A DNA stretch of 64,000 nucleotides. It comes from the human T2T-CHM13v2.0 reference genome, Homo sapiens. Below, one piece after another: positions 43,240 through 61,980 of this stretch. Where the stretch lies: NCBI RefSeq assembly GCF_009914755.1, contig NC_060943.1. One strand, 5' to 3'. The notes below the pieces were generated by a model. That model worked only from the letters and a program-made list of their open reading frames with translations. It made no database searches and had not been told where the DNA came from. The first letter of the stretch is position 1; the number at the start of each line of letters is the position of its first letter. A program made the translations under genes and the position numbers.

Positions 43240-43483
43240 CAAAAGGCCACATGCGATGCAATTCTATGTACTGACAGACTAGGAAAGATAGAATACCTGG
43301 GGCTTGGAAAACAGTCAGTGGTTGCTGAATCGGGCAGGGGACTGCAATGGGACAAGAGACCCGTTCTGGGAACAGGCTTCAGCTCTGCTGTACTGGTGGG
43401 TTCTCGCCTCTGCACAGTCAACAAAATTCAAATGGTCCACTTGAAAAGGGTGCGTTTCACTGCTGGTAAATTATACCTCAAGA
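43240..43483 (+). mobile_element. Old L1M 3' end fragment
   Basis: cagtcagtggttgc...cacttgaaaagggtgcgtttcactgctggtaaattatacctcaa. Confidence 0.65.
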
Positions 43484-43968
43484 ACCCGGAACCTCCCCAC
43501 AGGAGAGCAGGAGATGGCCTCTCATGGCCGAGGCAGGTCCCACTGACCACTGCCTGGGACCACCCCTGCTCTGTTCCCATCTCACTGTCATGACATGAAG
43601 CAGCTTATCAGCACCCTGGGCCTTCCAGGGGCTCAGAAGGGCCCCCAGCTGACAAAGTCACAGGCAGGAAAACAGCTGAGATGACCCAGGCCCATCCCCT
43701 CCACAGTTGGGGATGCCCCGACCTGAATCCAGGCAATCAGGGAAATGTCCAGCAGCAAGTAGAGTGCCAGAAGCCACAGGGTAGCAAGGAAACATGTCCT
43801 TAGAGCAATGCCTTCAGACCACTGGGAAACATGAGTGTCGGCTCACATTTTGGAGTGGTGCACAAAACTCTTTTGGATTAAAATGTCTCCACCTGTCTCT
43901 TCTAACTCTCACAGCCCACCAACCAAGAACTGTGCTAGAGGCAACTGTGCCGACAGGCGGGCACTCAC

Positions 43969-44447
43969 CTTTTGGCTCCTGGATGAGACACACTCTCTTG
44001 GGAGCTGGAATCATGCCAACCTTCAATGACTTGCTGCTGATCCTCTTCCGAGGGAAGCAGGTACCTGAGGAGGCCTGTGACAAGGCAGGTGCTCCAGCCA
44101 GGTCGTCCTCGGCAGCCTCGCCGGGAAGGCCGTCGGCAGGGGTGCTGCCCTCAGACTTGCCCGCCCCTCCAGGAGCGGGGGCCTCCTCTCCCCCATCCTC
44201 ATCGTCCTCGTCCTCCTCCTCAGGCATCACCTCTGGGCTCTCCAGCTCAGCCTCCCGCGGAGGGGGCTCGTCTTCAAACTCTGCTTCCCCTTCCATGAGG
44301 TCCACGGGGCTCTCCTGAGAACCCGTGGTGTCACCACCACCAGTGTGAAGGTTGTGCGGAGATGACGTGAAACAAATTGATGGACATAGTTCAAACACTT
44401 TCTTTCGATAGAATTTGAAAGCAGAACTATTTTGGTCATGTAGAAAC
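43969..44447 (-). CDS. SUGP2: SUGP2 coding exon, 479 bp, phase 2 to 1; C-half of SURP2 plus acidic tract (EEEDEDDEDGGEE)
   Basis: Acceptor ctctgtgccccag|GTTTCTA and donor AAAG|gtgagt; inside ORF 43814..44530. Confidence 0.95.
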
Positions 44448-45119
44448 CTGGGGCACAGAGGAAATACATTGGGTAACCAGATGGAATCTCTCAACATTTT
44501 TATTTGCTGAAACTGCTGGGATTGATCCAAGGAAGGTGGAGGTGGGACAAGGGAAAGAATAACCTGACCAGTCTCTACGCGGCTATGGCTTGATGGTGCA
44601 GCCTCTCAATGATAGAAAATTTGAGGAGTACTAGTAACTTAATAAGGAGCTAGAATTCAAGAAGCCTAACTGCTTTCCAGGGGACAGAGGCGGACGAACA
44701 AGGTATGCAGGGCTTGGGAAAATGCTGGAATAGAGATCTGGCTTGAGACCCATCTCACCCTTTCTGGTTACATCACTGGCCTCTCTGGGCCTCCATGTGC
44801 CCATTTTGACTCTGGTTCCTCCCAGGTATGAGAAGCATGGAGAGATGCCAGGAGGAGCTGCACAGTTACTGCTGGAACATGTGCACCATGGAACCGTAAG
44901 GTGCCCCCCGAGGAGGCTCCTCACCCCTAGCACTTCCCGCTCTGGGGCCTGCAGTCCACCTACATGGGCGTGGAGATGAGGCCTCTCTGTGCCTCAGGGG
45001 TCTGGTGGCCACCTCGACTTGTAACCACAGCTATGAAGCTGTGGCTGGTATGAGAAACTTGAAACACTCCCGAAAGCACCAAAGTCCACTTGGACCAAAG
45101 GAAAAATGGCCCTCGTAAG

Positions 45120-45465
45120 GCAACTCAACCTCATAAATGTGCCAAGTCCCCCCAGTTAGCATATTAATATATCCCAATAAAATCCCATTCTGAATCAGGG
45201 CAAGATGGTTCTAAAGTTCATAAAGAAAAATAATATGTAAGAGTATCTGGGAAAACTCTGAACAAGACTCATAAGGGGTTCCAGCCCCACCAAGCACTAT
45301 AAAATGCCCCAAAGCCTCTAGAGTTAAACAGCATAGTAGTCCATAAGGCAGACCAAAGGAACAGAATAGAAAGACCAGAAACCCAGCATTTGATTAAGGT
45401 AACCTCTCAAACTACTACAAAAAAGGGGTGGGTCTTTCAAAGAATGGTATTGGAAAAGCTGGACG
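45120..45465 (+). mobile_element. Old L1M ORF2 remnant
   Basis: atcccaataaaatccca...ttctaaagttcata...agaccaaaggaacagaatagaaagaccagaaa...aatggtattggaaaagctgg. Confidence 0.65.
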
Positions 45466-45642
45466 GCTTTATAATTATTATTACACATTTTTAGAGATGG
45501 GGTCTCACTCTGTCGTCCAGGCTAGAGTGCAGTGGTGTGATCACAGCTCACTGCAGCCTCAAACTCCTGGGCTCAAGAAATCTTCCTACATCAGCCACCC
45601 AAGTAGTTAGGACCACAGGCAAATGCCACTATACCAGGCTAA

Positions 45643-45676
<34 letters not shown>

Positions 45677-45715
45677 ACACACACACACACCACACACACA
45701 TACAACTAAATATCA

Positions 45716-46081
<366 letters not shown>

Positions 46082-47240
46082 TCAATAAGCTTGAGCACAT
46101 TAGAATTAAATTTTTTCTAAAGGCAAAAGAAACACAAAGTCATCTTGGCCCATTTACAAGCATGGCTGGATAGCGTCCAACACCTTGCCCAGTATTGTGG
46201 TCAGGATCCAGGGCTCTCCTTCCAGGGAAGGACAGGACAGAGTACTCTGAAGGACACTGCTCAGAAAAGGCTGTCACAGATGGGGAGGAATCACCCAAAA
46301 CCCAACAAGTACTACAGCCCAAGTACCCAGGCTAATGCAAAATTCTCCTTTAAACTGTACTTTTCATTGAAAAAAAAGAAAATGAAAAAGAAAAAAGGAC
46401 TCATGGGATGCCCCCAGCTGCCCTGCACTGAGCTGTCCTCCTTATCCAACCCTGCCAGAGGAAATCCCACATACACAGTGGACAGGTCCGACCCCGAGGT
46501 CTACAGGGCCCAGCAGCTCCCCAAGGCCACTACTGCCTGTAAAAGGCAAAACCTGACTGTAAGCCTGGTCAGGCCTCCCGTCTGTAGGTGGTCAGTGCCC
46601 CACAAGGCAGGTGGTACCTTAGTGCAGGACCCAGTCATAAGCCAAGGCTGCGGAGGGGAGTAGGGCTTGGCTTGTGCAATCAGGTCCCAAGCAAGTTGAA
46701 AGAGTATGTTCTGTCACCACTGAATCCCATAAATGCTCTGAGAAATGCACGTTTTCAACTGTAATTTTAACTGGATGAAGGCATGACTGTCCAACAAGCT
46801 AGGACCAGCACGAGGAGTTGAGAGCCCCCTCAGTAGGGTTCTGGCTCAGTAATGGGAAGATGGGTGCCTCCTACCGGCAGCCTTTCTCTGGAGGGGACAT
46901 CTCATGTCACCCTGGGGAAAAACCCCAGGGGCAGTGCTGGCTCCTCACCCAGGTTTTCTTGCCTATGGGCTGTGTGCTTTTGAGCTGAGCTCCACCTATC
47001 CAAGGAATGGAGAGGGCAAAGGTACCTGCTCCCAGCATGAGCACGCCACCTTATCCCTGTGTAGAAGTGCCTGCTGTCAGACCTGGGCAAGGGCTGACTA
47101 TCACTACTATCATGCAGTGAGCAGCAAATCCTCACCTCTCTCCCCTCCCCTGGCCAACTCCTATTTAGCCTTTGGATGCAGATTAAATGTCCCTCTGGGG
47201 AGGTTTTTCCTGATGCCCGAGATGAAGGCAGGTCCCCTAG

Positions 47241-47423
<183 letters not shown>

Positions 47424-47476
47424 TAGTATAGAGACGGGGTTTCACTATGTTGGCAAGGCTGGTCTCAAATGCCTGA

Positions 47477-47743
<267 letters not shown>

Positions 47744-48105
47744 TAGCATGGTGGCCAGGCTGGTCTCGAACTCCTGAACTCGGGTGATTAGAACAGATCT
47801 TTCTCCCTTAGGCCCCTGGCTCAGCTGAAGTGAAGTCATGACTTACTCCTGGTATAACCCCCATAGTAGGAATGCATTGGCCAGGCTGTGGGCTGGCTCA
47901 GGACATGCTTGTGGCGTGAACACACTCAAATCTAAAGGGTGTAATGGCCAGTTGCAGTGGAGCACACCTGTGGTCCCAGCTACTCTGGAGGCTGAAACAG
48001 GAGGATCACTTGAGCCCAGGAATTCAAATCCAGCCTAAGCAACATCCTTAGACTTTGTCTCTCTGAGAAAGAAAAAGGTGTGATGAGACCCGGGGGGGTA
48101 CGTAC

Positions 48106-48217
48106 CACAGGTCAGGGTTATCGGTGCTGTTTTCTATGCTGAATTGTTCGATCTCTGGTCCCACCTGAGCAACAAATCTAGCCAGTTTCTCTGCAGTCTC
48201 CATTGTCTTCATGTCAA
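48106..48217 (-). CDS. SUGP2: SUGP2 coding exon, 112 bp, phase 1 to 2; N-half of SURP motif 2 (IDMKTMETAEKLARFVAQVGPEIEQFSIENSTDNPDLW)
   Basis: Acceptor ttatgttttgtag|TTGAC and donor CTGTG|gtacgt; inside ORF 48048..48317; matches the SURP pattern (..A.FVA..G..E). Confidence 0.95.
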
Positions 48218-48287
48218 CTACAAAACATAAAGCACCTGTCAGGCATGACTCCTGAGCTGCTGCTCCCCGTGTAAACACTGCAGGGTT

Positions 48288-49065
<778 letters not shown>

Positions 49066-49643
49066 GCAGTTGTGGACACTTTTTTGCTCTCTCCTTCCCA
49101 CTTAGTGCTTAGGAAGCACTGGCCAGAGAGCAGGCCTGTGGTACAGAGAGAAAGAAACAGCTAAGGTGACAGAAGAAACAGAAGGGGTGAAGTTAGTCGA
49201 TTCGGAGGAAGCAGTGCAGGTCAGCGAACCCCAAGAACAGGAACTGTGGAGACCCTGGGGATGAGGAGGCGCAATGAGAACAAGGCAGTCCCGAAGACTA
49301 TCAAGGGAGGCCAGGATATAGCAGGACATGGGATCCCAAGTTCAGGCAATGCACCGCCCACGGCCCCAGCAGCAGGACCCTGTCGGGGAGCACGAAGGCA
49401 TGGGGCAGCACCTCATACCAGCTCCGCTCTCAGAAGAGGAGGAGGGAGCTGCAGGACTCGCATGCAGCTCTCTCAAGAAAGCAAGAGAGAAAGCGCCAAC
49501 ATGTACACTTGTCCTGGCCAGGTCCCTAGAGCTTTTATCCACTGCCTTGCCTAGATTGCAGGCCCCCCCAATTCTAAAGAGACCCTGGAGATGGGAGAGT
49601 AGGGACTGGGGCCCAGAGGAGGGGGACAGGAGTGAGCACCCAC

Positions 49644-50131
49644 TGTCAGCAGATGGGCAGGGAGAAGAGGTCTGAGGTGCTTCAGAGATGTCCACTCCTG
49701 CTGGCTTGGGGGATGGGCCTGAGGCTTCTAAGCTGGGGTCCTGAGGAGAAGGTCCAACTGGGTCTGGCGGGCAGTCCTTGGCAGCATCATTTCTGTCTGG
49801 CAGGGATGGTTTTGCCTGTGAGAGGCCTGGAGCCTGCCGGCCGTGGTGTTTCAGCCTGGTGCCTGAGGATAGGAGGGTCTGGGTCCCGGTGGTCGCTCTC
49901 CTCGCCTTCCAGCCCCGGAGCCCTTGAGCACGGAGGAGCCCCCGCCGCTGCCACGGAAGGAGTTTCTTCTTGAGGTTGCGGACAGCCCGGGAGTACAGCA
50001 TGGCCCTCACTGCACAGTCTGCTGAGGTCGGCTTCTGGTCGGCTCCTCGCAAGTTCTCGCTCATCCGCTGCATTTCTGCCAACTTCAGCTTGTAATATTT
50101 ATACTCCAGACTATTTTCATCAGACAAAAAC
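49644..50131 (-). CDS. SUGP2: SUGP2 coding exon, 488 bp, phase 2 to 1; C-half of SURP1 plus basic and Pro/Ser-rich linker
   Basis: Acceptor ttttgttatctag|GTTTTTG and donor GACA|gtgggt; lies inside ORF 49342..50232 (FLSDENSLEYKYYKLK...SSPCPSAD). Confidence 0.95.
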
Positions 50132-51394
50132 CTAGATAACAAAACAAGCATAACGGGACATTTATGAAAACACCACCAGGTCCCAAATTGTTCCTTCAAA
50201 CACAAACCCTTTCTAAGTGGCCAACTCCTCACTGTCCTCTCCTGTCTCAGAGGCTCTGCCTGGCTCTACTGAGGACCCAGAGCTAGGCCCAAGACAGCTG
50301 CCCTGCTAAGAGTGACCACAGGGCAATCGGGAGTTTGAACTGAGTTCCTCCTTGATTTCCATCAGCAGCAGCCGTGAGGGAGCTCCCAGCTCTTGATGGC
50401 CTGGAAACACAAACCAGTCACCTTGGAGCCATAGCACCCTGGCAGGCAGAATTGACACCTTTTAAATGGCCCAGCCAGGATGAGTGCTCGGTGAGCTTTT
50501 GACTGCATCAAGGAAAGTGTGATGTGAACCACAAGAGAACATTAACCAAGGAGCCTGCGGCCCAGGTGTGAAATCTTATGACCCAGTCATCATGATGAGA
50601 ACAGTAAAGAGAAGGTTGAGCTACATGTACTAACAGAAAAATATTCAGCTGGGCGTGGTGGCTCACACCTGTAATCCCAGCACTTTGAGAGGCTGAGGCG
50701 GGAGGATTGCTTGAGCCCAGGAGTTCAAGACCAGCCTGGGCAACAAAACAAGATCCCATTTCCACAAAATAAAAAAATTAGCCAGGGTGGTGGTGCATGC
50801 CTATAGTCCCAGCTACTCTGGAGGCTAAGGTGGGAGGATCACTTGAGCCCAGGAAGTCGAGAGGCTGTGGTGAGCTGTGATTGCACCACTGCACTCCAGT
50901 CTGGGCAACAGAGCAAGACCCTATCTTTAAAAAAAAAAAAAACCTTCTCCTTCTAGTGTCTTTACTTTTTTCATCATTTTCCTTCTAGCTTCATGAGTTG
51001 ATTACAGCTCACCGCAGCCTCGACCTTCTGGGTTCAGGTGATCCTCCCACCTCAGCCTCCCCAGTAGCTGGGACTACAGGCGCGCACCACCACGCCTGGC
51101 TAATTTTTGTGTTTTTGGTTGAGAGGACATTTCACCATGTTGCCTAGGCTGATCTCAAACTCTTGGGCTCAAGGTAGCCATACGCCTCAGCCTCTCAAAG
51201 TGCTGGGATTACAGGTGTGAGCCACTGCACCTGGCCCACTATTTCTAATAAAGTCACCTGAAGTCACTCTTTCTCTTAAGTATTTTTATGACTGCATCTG
51301 GTATATAATGTTCTTCTTGCCACTTCCTTCTAAATTGCTTCTAATTTCAGCTATGATTACCCTTCACTCAAAAGTTATTCAGAAACATGTTTTA

Positions 51395-51685
<291 letters not shown>

Positions 51686-52289
51686 TCAGTTTGTGTTAAA
51701 GAAGAATATTGCTTAGTAAGTATGGCAGTATTTCAGGTGGCTTTCAGATTGTTTGATATTAAGTAGCGACATATCAGTTATTAGATGAGGTTCCAGATTA
51801 CCAGTGACAAGCCAACTAGAAGTAAGGTGGCTGTGTGTTGCACAGCATTGGCAGCACTGTGTGATGTGGCATGTCCCTGGCAGGCAGCTCCATACACAAG
51901 CTCCTGCTGACACTGTTAGCCAGTTGAGGTCTGTCTGGACCTGACAAAACGACTGAGTACCGGCTCCACTGCTGCCCTGGCACTCTGTTGGGCTAACGGT
52001 GGCATCCTGCAAGATCATGCCCTAATAAGCAATAGCGCTCAATTAAGAGAATGCTGACCAACATGGGCACTCTGGTTCTCAAGTCAAACACAGCCCCAGC
52101 AAGGCAACTCCTCATCAAGGGCAGAGCGCAGAATCAGGGCCAGGTGACCTGACTGCCCCAGTCACTCATGGCTCTGATGGCTTTCCTTGTTCCTGGATGG
52201 TTCTGATGCCAAGTGCAGTCCGAGGATGTCAGTCCCAAATGCATCTCCCAAGTTCCAGTGGAACATAACATCAAGAACAGAGAACACTC

Positions 52290-52500
52290 AACAAGCCAGT
52301 CTGCTGGCTTCAAATCTCAGCATAGCCACTTATTAGCTGGGAACCTTTCTGTGCCTCAGTTTCTCCATCTGTAAGACAGGGAAGATGATAAGCAGTAGCT
52401 ACTTCATCATACAGCTGTGAGGCCTGCGTTATAAGCTTTTCACTAGGAGGCAAGTGCTATGAAAACTGCCTAGTAGTCATTAACCGCTCAACAAATATTA
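52290..52500 (+). mobile_element. MIR fragment (others near 360-395, 1290-1480, 21225-21290, 26440-26540, 56380-56620)
   Basis: MIR core ctgtgcctcagtttctccatctgtaa. Confidence 0.65.
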
Positions 52501-52653
52501 GCAGATTGTCTCTGTTTATGCTCATTTCCTGTGTTATAAAATCTTCCACAACCTTATTTGGATTACGTCGTCTACGCATTTCAGAGAAACATTAATGTCT
52601 CCTACCATGGTTTTGGATTCATCCAATTCCTCTTATCATGGTTTTGGACTTAA

Positions 52654-52962
<309 letters not shown>

Positions 52963-53796
52963 TAAATGATTTCTAAAGGTTGTTTATTTACATGGCTCAA
53001 AGCTATGTAGTGCAGGCACCAAGATTCACTATCTATATGTTCGTGATGACTTTCCCTTTTATCAGGAACTTCTTTTGCTCCTTTTAGTGCTGTTCTCCTT
53101 AAAGTCTTTTTTGCCTAAACAATTCTCTACATCCTTTCTTTTTGGTAGCGTTCACCTGCTATGCAATTTCCCATCTCTGTGTTTTCCAATTCCTGTGTTT
53201 TTGCTTCTTTCTCTCTATAGTAGTATGGAAGTTATAGACCTCACTTCTGTTCCTTTAATGGCTAATCGACACACATACCTAAACTTTTATTTTGTATCAA
53301 TATCCAGAATTACCCTTTAGCTCTATCCTCATGTCAAACAAGACAAAGGCCTGCACACCTACCTCCCTCCTTCCCCTTGTGCCTCACATATTTAGATCAT
53401 CTGGGATTTTAGTTTCTTTTATTTCACCCCAAACATCAATTATTTAGATTTTATGTTAACTTTGGGGTGCTTGGACAATCCTGCTGAGGCTAGACCACAG
53501 GGATTCTTAGCCACTTGTTTTCCTGAGTGTGTGAACACGTAGGACCTGGTGGGCTCTCCCTGGAGAGCATGGTCAGGGCTGGCCCACTCCCAGGGGACAA
53601 TTTAGAAGATGAGAGAAAACAAAGTATGACATATTCCTTCAGCTTTATATCCTGCACTGTTGTTATCATTTTCTAGGCTTGATGCTTTGCACTCTCTCAT
53701 AGAAAAGGACGGAAGCCTGCCCCTTGGTGTTCCAAACAAGGAAGTAAAGCCATAGTGGATGTGTCTGTCTATACTTCTGATTGATTCATTGATTGA

Positions 53797-53910
<114 letters not shown>

Positions 53911-54771
53911 TAGCTGGGAGTATAGGCAGCCACCACCATGCCCAGCTAATTTTTTATTTTTAGTAGAGATGGGGTTTCATCATGTTGGCCAGGCTGGTCT
54001 CAAATTCCTGACCTCATGCGGCCCACTCGCCTCGGCTTCCCAAAGTGGTGGGATTACAGGTGTGAGTAACCGCACCTGGCTCTTCTGACATCTTTAGTGC
54101 ACGACACGAGGCAGGTCACCTCGGCAAAGAGGCAATGGCCAGTTCTGTCCACAAGGCTCCAGTGGGAACAAATCATGCTTGTGGGGTGTGAGGGTGGAAG
54201 GTCTCAAATCTCTGCTGGCCCTCAGAGGGTGGAGATAAGAAGCCCTTCTTATATCTGCCTCCTAGAGGTCTGACTTTTTCACTTGCTAACTAATAAAAAG
54301 AATTTATTAAGGCTGGACATGATGGCTCATGCCTGTAACCCCAGTGATCTGGGGGATCGCTTGAGCCCAGGAGTTAGACACCAGCCTGGGCAACAGAGCA
54401 AAAACCCATTTTTTAAAAAAAGAAAAAAAAAAAAAAGCTGATAGCTGAATGCGGTGGTGTACTCCTGTAGTCTCAGCTACTTGGGAGGCTGAGGCAGGGG
54501 GATTTTGTGAGCCCAGGTTGAGGCTGCAGTGAACTATGATCATGCCACTGTGCTCTAGCCTGGGCAACAGAATGAAAACTCATCTCTTTAAACAAAAAAA
54601 AAAAAGAACTTATTAATCCACATATATCTTCAGAGAATGTCAATGGTCATGCATAAAACTGTTCAGTCAAGAAAAAGCAACATAGGCTTATTAAGAGATA
54701 CAGAGGTAAGCCAGGTGCGGTGGCTCATGCCTGTAATTCCAGCGCTTTGGGAGGCCAAGGCAGGAGGATCA

Positions 54772-55139
<368 letters not shown>

Positions 55140-55184
55140 TCAATTGACTGTTTTGTTAAATACAACATACAAGGAGCATTTTGA

Positions 55185-55592
<408 letters not shown>

Positions 55593-57074
55593 TAATTCCT
55601 TGTGAAGGAGTTTTTGGATGATAAAGTCTCTGGGACCAACTCCTAAATCTTTCCTTCTTCAGGATCTATTCTATCAGCCAACCGCTGAGATTTTTATTTC
55701 AATCTATTTTTCATTTCCAAGATCCTTAATAGAATCGTTTTCATAGCAACCAGTGTCTGTTTCATGGATACAATATACTCTTATTACCTGAGACTATTCA
55801 TTGCACATACATATTTATAGACTACACCTCCTCTTTCTCATAGTGACTCTGTCTTCTAGGGTGTCAGGAGTTGGTTGAGTTTGGTGATTCTCTTTCATGA
55901 TACTGGTTTACCTCAAATATCAGTTCTTAGTTTGATGCTTATTTCTGGGACTACAGGCACCCGCCACCAGGCCCGGCTAATTTTTTTTTGTATTTTTAGT
56001 AGAGACAGGGTTTCACCGTGTTCGCCAGGATGGTCTCGATCTCCTGATCTCGTGATCCACCCACCTTATAGGTGTGAGCCACCATGCCCGGCCGCTTATT
56101 TCTGATTTTGTACCCTGCCCTGCCCCCTATCCAAACATACCCCTGACTCTGGCTTCCGTCTGCTGCCCCTGGTTATCAGTGGTCATGAGACCACTGGGCC
56201 ATGTGCAGGGGTCATGGGGCAGAGGCACCAGCCCCCAGGCCTCTCAGGGCCTCCTATTCCTCCAGCCTAATCACCTTATCAACCACCTGTAAAGTGCCCC
56301 TGGGCCTTCTAAGTCTGGATGCCTTCTTACCAAGAGGGTCGGTATCTGCTTGCATCTGTCAATCTGACAATCCTTCAACATGCACACTGGTTCAGACCAC
56401 AGACCCTGGATTTGAATCTCAACTCTGCCTCTTACTAGTTGTGGATCCTCAAGGCAAGAGGGCTCTTGGAGCCTCAAAGTTTCTTGTCTGTAAAATAAGC
56501 ATAGCAAGAGACCTGCCTCCCAACGTTGTTTATGAGGATTCAACCAGCTAGTGCTTAAATCAGTAATGTGCTTAGAACAGTACCAACTGCACAGAAGGCA
56601 CAAGTGTTTATTAAATAAAAAGTATTCAATAAATGATGCTGGGACAATTAGGTTATTTGGGAATTTTTAACTTTTAAGTTACATGCCTACCTCATTCAAT
56701 ACATGAAAATAATCCAAACTCAAGAATTTTGTAAAAATAAAACCACAATAAGCTCCAACCTTCCCCTTGGTAAATCATGGTGGGTAGGACCAAAGACATG
56801 GAAATGTATGCCTTTCAAGCATCTTTAGTAATTACAACAGCAAGCATAGCAAGTCCAGTATGGGTACAATCTGACTACCAAAAAGGGCACACTCAGGAGG
56901 TCAAGGCTGCAGTGGGCTGTGATAGCACCCCTGCATTGCAGCCTGGGCAACAGAGTGAGATCTTGTCACTAACAAAAAACAGAAAACAAAAGAGGGCACA
57001 GCACACCTACAGAGTAGCAGTGAGAAAGTCAATTAGTACAGATAACCTATGGAGAGTAATCTAATGATAAACAT

Positions 57075-57693
<619 letters not shown>

Positions 57694-57730
57694 TCAAAGC
57701 ACTGATCATCACTTTTTTTTTTTTTTTTTA

Positions 57731-58250
<520 letters not shown>

Positions 58251-58290
58251 TCATGAGGTCAGGAGATCGAGACCATCCTGGCTAACACTA

Positions 58291-58521
<231 letters not shown>

Positions 58522-58895
58522 TTAAGCAAAAGACAGTTTAACAAATATTAGCAATAAATTGCAAACAACTGCAATGATGTATTACTAATCTTACTACCCT
58601 TACTCTGTATTCTCTGCATGCACATCTCACTGCATCCTTAAAACAGCCCAGCAGGGACTTGGAGCTGTAGTCACAGGTGAGAGAAGGCCACCCACCCAGC
58701 TGGCCTACCACTGGTCTGCAGCAGAGCTGGGGCTTGCTGAACCCACATAAATCTGAGCCACCCTCATGCTCTTCTCACTGGAGAACACCACTTGCTCAAG
58801 TATCTCACCCTCTGCTCTCAATACCATCAGAGTGACCCAAATTTTGCCATATACTCCATGAGAGGGATTCACAGCGTGGACATTTAAAGACCTAC

Positions 58896-59016
58896 CAGTA
58901 AGCAGGGTCCTCTTTGAGAAGAGTTCTCTCTTTGGGAGACAGGCTGCCTTCGATGACACGTTTCACAAGCTGGTCGATGGTGCCCACTACCCTGTGATCT
59001 GCTCGCTGGGGGACAG
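58896..59016 (-). CDS. SUGP2: SUGP2 coding exon, 121 bp, phase 1 to 2; N-half of SURP motif 1 (xVPQRADHRVVGTIDQLVKRVIEGSLSPKERTLLKEDPAYW)
   Basis: Acceptor tctgtgtgttccag|CTGTCC and donor TACTG|gtaggt; joins the next exon as TG|G (Trp). Not captured in the correct frame by the ORF track. Confidence 0.93.
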
Positions 59017-60030
59017 CTGGAACACACAGAACAGCTTCTCTGAGAAATATGCTGAATGTGGGCTCTGAGAAGACGAGGATAGTTGAGTAGTTGGGGGCTT
59101 AGTGCTGAACCCAAGCAGGCATCAACAACCGAAATCCTCATTCACAAGACACCAGCATTGAAAAGAGGAAAACAACCAATATGGAAAATCTCCTCCTAAA
59201 AAATGTAACAGTATAACCACTAGGAGAGAAACAGTCACAGCTTTCAATGACTGGACAGAGCAATTTATGTATATGCTCTAGAAAAAGAAAGATATATAGC
59301 AATTTGATATCATTTTTCACATATTACTTAATAATTTGAGTGTTCATAACATTAAAGTGGAAAATATAAATATCTAGTATAAAATATACAAAAATGTATC
59401 TAGGTTATGGTTCTCAATATAAAGGTGGGAATAAAAAATATAAATATGGATACATAGAAAGAAGACTATAAGGAAATATGTTAGGAAATATGTTAACAGA
59501 GGTTATAGGGGGTAGAATTATCAGGAATTTCATTTTCCTTATGCTTTAAGAACTTAAAAAAAAAACTTGTGTTTTGTAATCAGAAAATATATGTATCAAT
59601 TCACAAAAAATTTTCTCCAATTAAAAAAAAAAAAGAAAAAAAAAAAAGGTCAGCCGGGCACGGTGGCTCACACCTGTAATCCTAGCACTTTGGGAGGCTG
59701 AGCGGGGTGGATTGCCTGAGCTCAGGAGTTCAAGACCACCCTGGGCAACATGGTGAAACTCCGTCTCTGCTAAAATACAAAAAAAAAAAAAAAAAAAAAA
59801 AAATTAGCCAGGCATGGTGGGATAGAGCGAGACTCCATCACAAAAAAAAAAAAATAAATAAATAAATAAAAAGGTCAGTGATCCCAAATTACATGTTCAC
59901 AGAAAATATCTGCTGAATGTATAAGAAACAAATTTTGGCCAGGCACAGTGGCTCACGCCTGTAATCCCAGCACTTTGGAAGGCCAAGGCAGGCGGATCAC
60001 GAGGTCAGGAGATCGAGACCAGCCTGGCTA

Positions 60031-60544
<514 letters not shown>

Positions 60545-60786
60545 TGAATGTCCTCCAATATGACTTTAAATTTACAATGCTGCCAGCAACACAGAACATG
60601 TTTCTTCGAATGGTAAGATTGTTTAGTTTCCTAACAATTGTCTAGTTTTAAAAGTACAGAATGATGGCCGGGCACAATGGCTCATTCCTGTAATCCCAGC
60701 ACTTTGGGAGGCCGAGGCGGGTGGATCACCTGAGGTCAGGAGTTCGAGACCAGCCTGACCAACATGGAGAAACCCCGTCTCTACTA

Positions 60787-60945
<159 letters not shown>

Positions 60946-61733
60946 TCAAAAAAAAAAAAAAAAAAAAAAAAGCAAAGAATGGTCTATTTGTTCAGCCACT
61001 CAACTCAATTAAAATCACTGCTGAACTAGCGAGGTTTTCCAGTTTGTTCTGTAAATGATTGCATAGTCCTGTGCCCGTCTGTGTCCATGTTGCAGCTTTC
61101 AGCTTATTTTAAACACTAGTGTGAGCTCCTCACACATGATGAGTCAATCCTTCAACTGCCACGTTATTCCAAGTATGTCCCCTATGAAACTGCTTTTTTT
61201 TTCATGGCTCTCTTTTTACAGAGCTACTAGTTTTACATGATTTTACAAAAGATGTTGAGGTTTACAGTCAGCAATGAAATTTAGGGACCCCTGCAAATTT
61301 GGTCATCTTTAGCTAGGATGACCACGAACAAGGGTCAGAAAGTGGGTCACAGCTTTGGCCCAGCAATCCTACTCCTGAGAATGTACCCTTTCAAGGAGAA
61401 TTAAAAACAATAAAACTAACAGTAATAACCAAAGCATTCAACCAAAGATGTCATTCCAGCATTTTTTTTTTTTTTCTAGATGGACTTTTGCTCATCACCC
61501 AGGCTGGAGTGGAGTGGTGCGCTCTAGGCTCACTGCAACCTCCACTTCCCAAGTTCAAGCATCTCTCCTGCCTCAGCTTCCCAAGTAGCTGGGATTATAG
61601 GCATGTGCCACCATGCCAGGCTAATTTTTGATGTTTAGTAGAGACAGGTTTCGTCATGTTGGCCAGGCTGGTCTCGAACTCCTGACCTCAGGTGATCCAC
61701 CTGCTTCAGCTTCCCAAAGTGTTGGGATTATAG

Positions 61734-61980
<247 letters not shown>

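Noticed and set aside
43794-44318. 174-aa + strand ORF (also 49632..49973 and 34861..35286)
   Set aside because: Antisense shadows of GC-rich SUGP2 exons.
46145-46663. 172-aa non-Alu + strand ORF (also 38772..39278)
   Set aside because: No domain similarity, partly decayed L1/MIR sequence, intronic and antisense; lengths are plausible by chance in GC-rich DNA.
61020-61260. Unique intronic stretch with ATGATGA (box C-like), TGAGTCA and a faint hAT-transposase-like frame
   Set aside because: The box C-like motif is on the strand opposite SUGP2 with no matching terminal box D or stem; the transposase similarity is too weak to support without a profile search.
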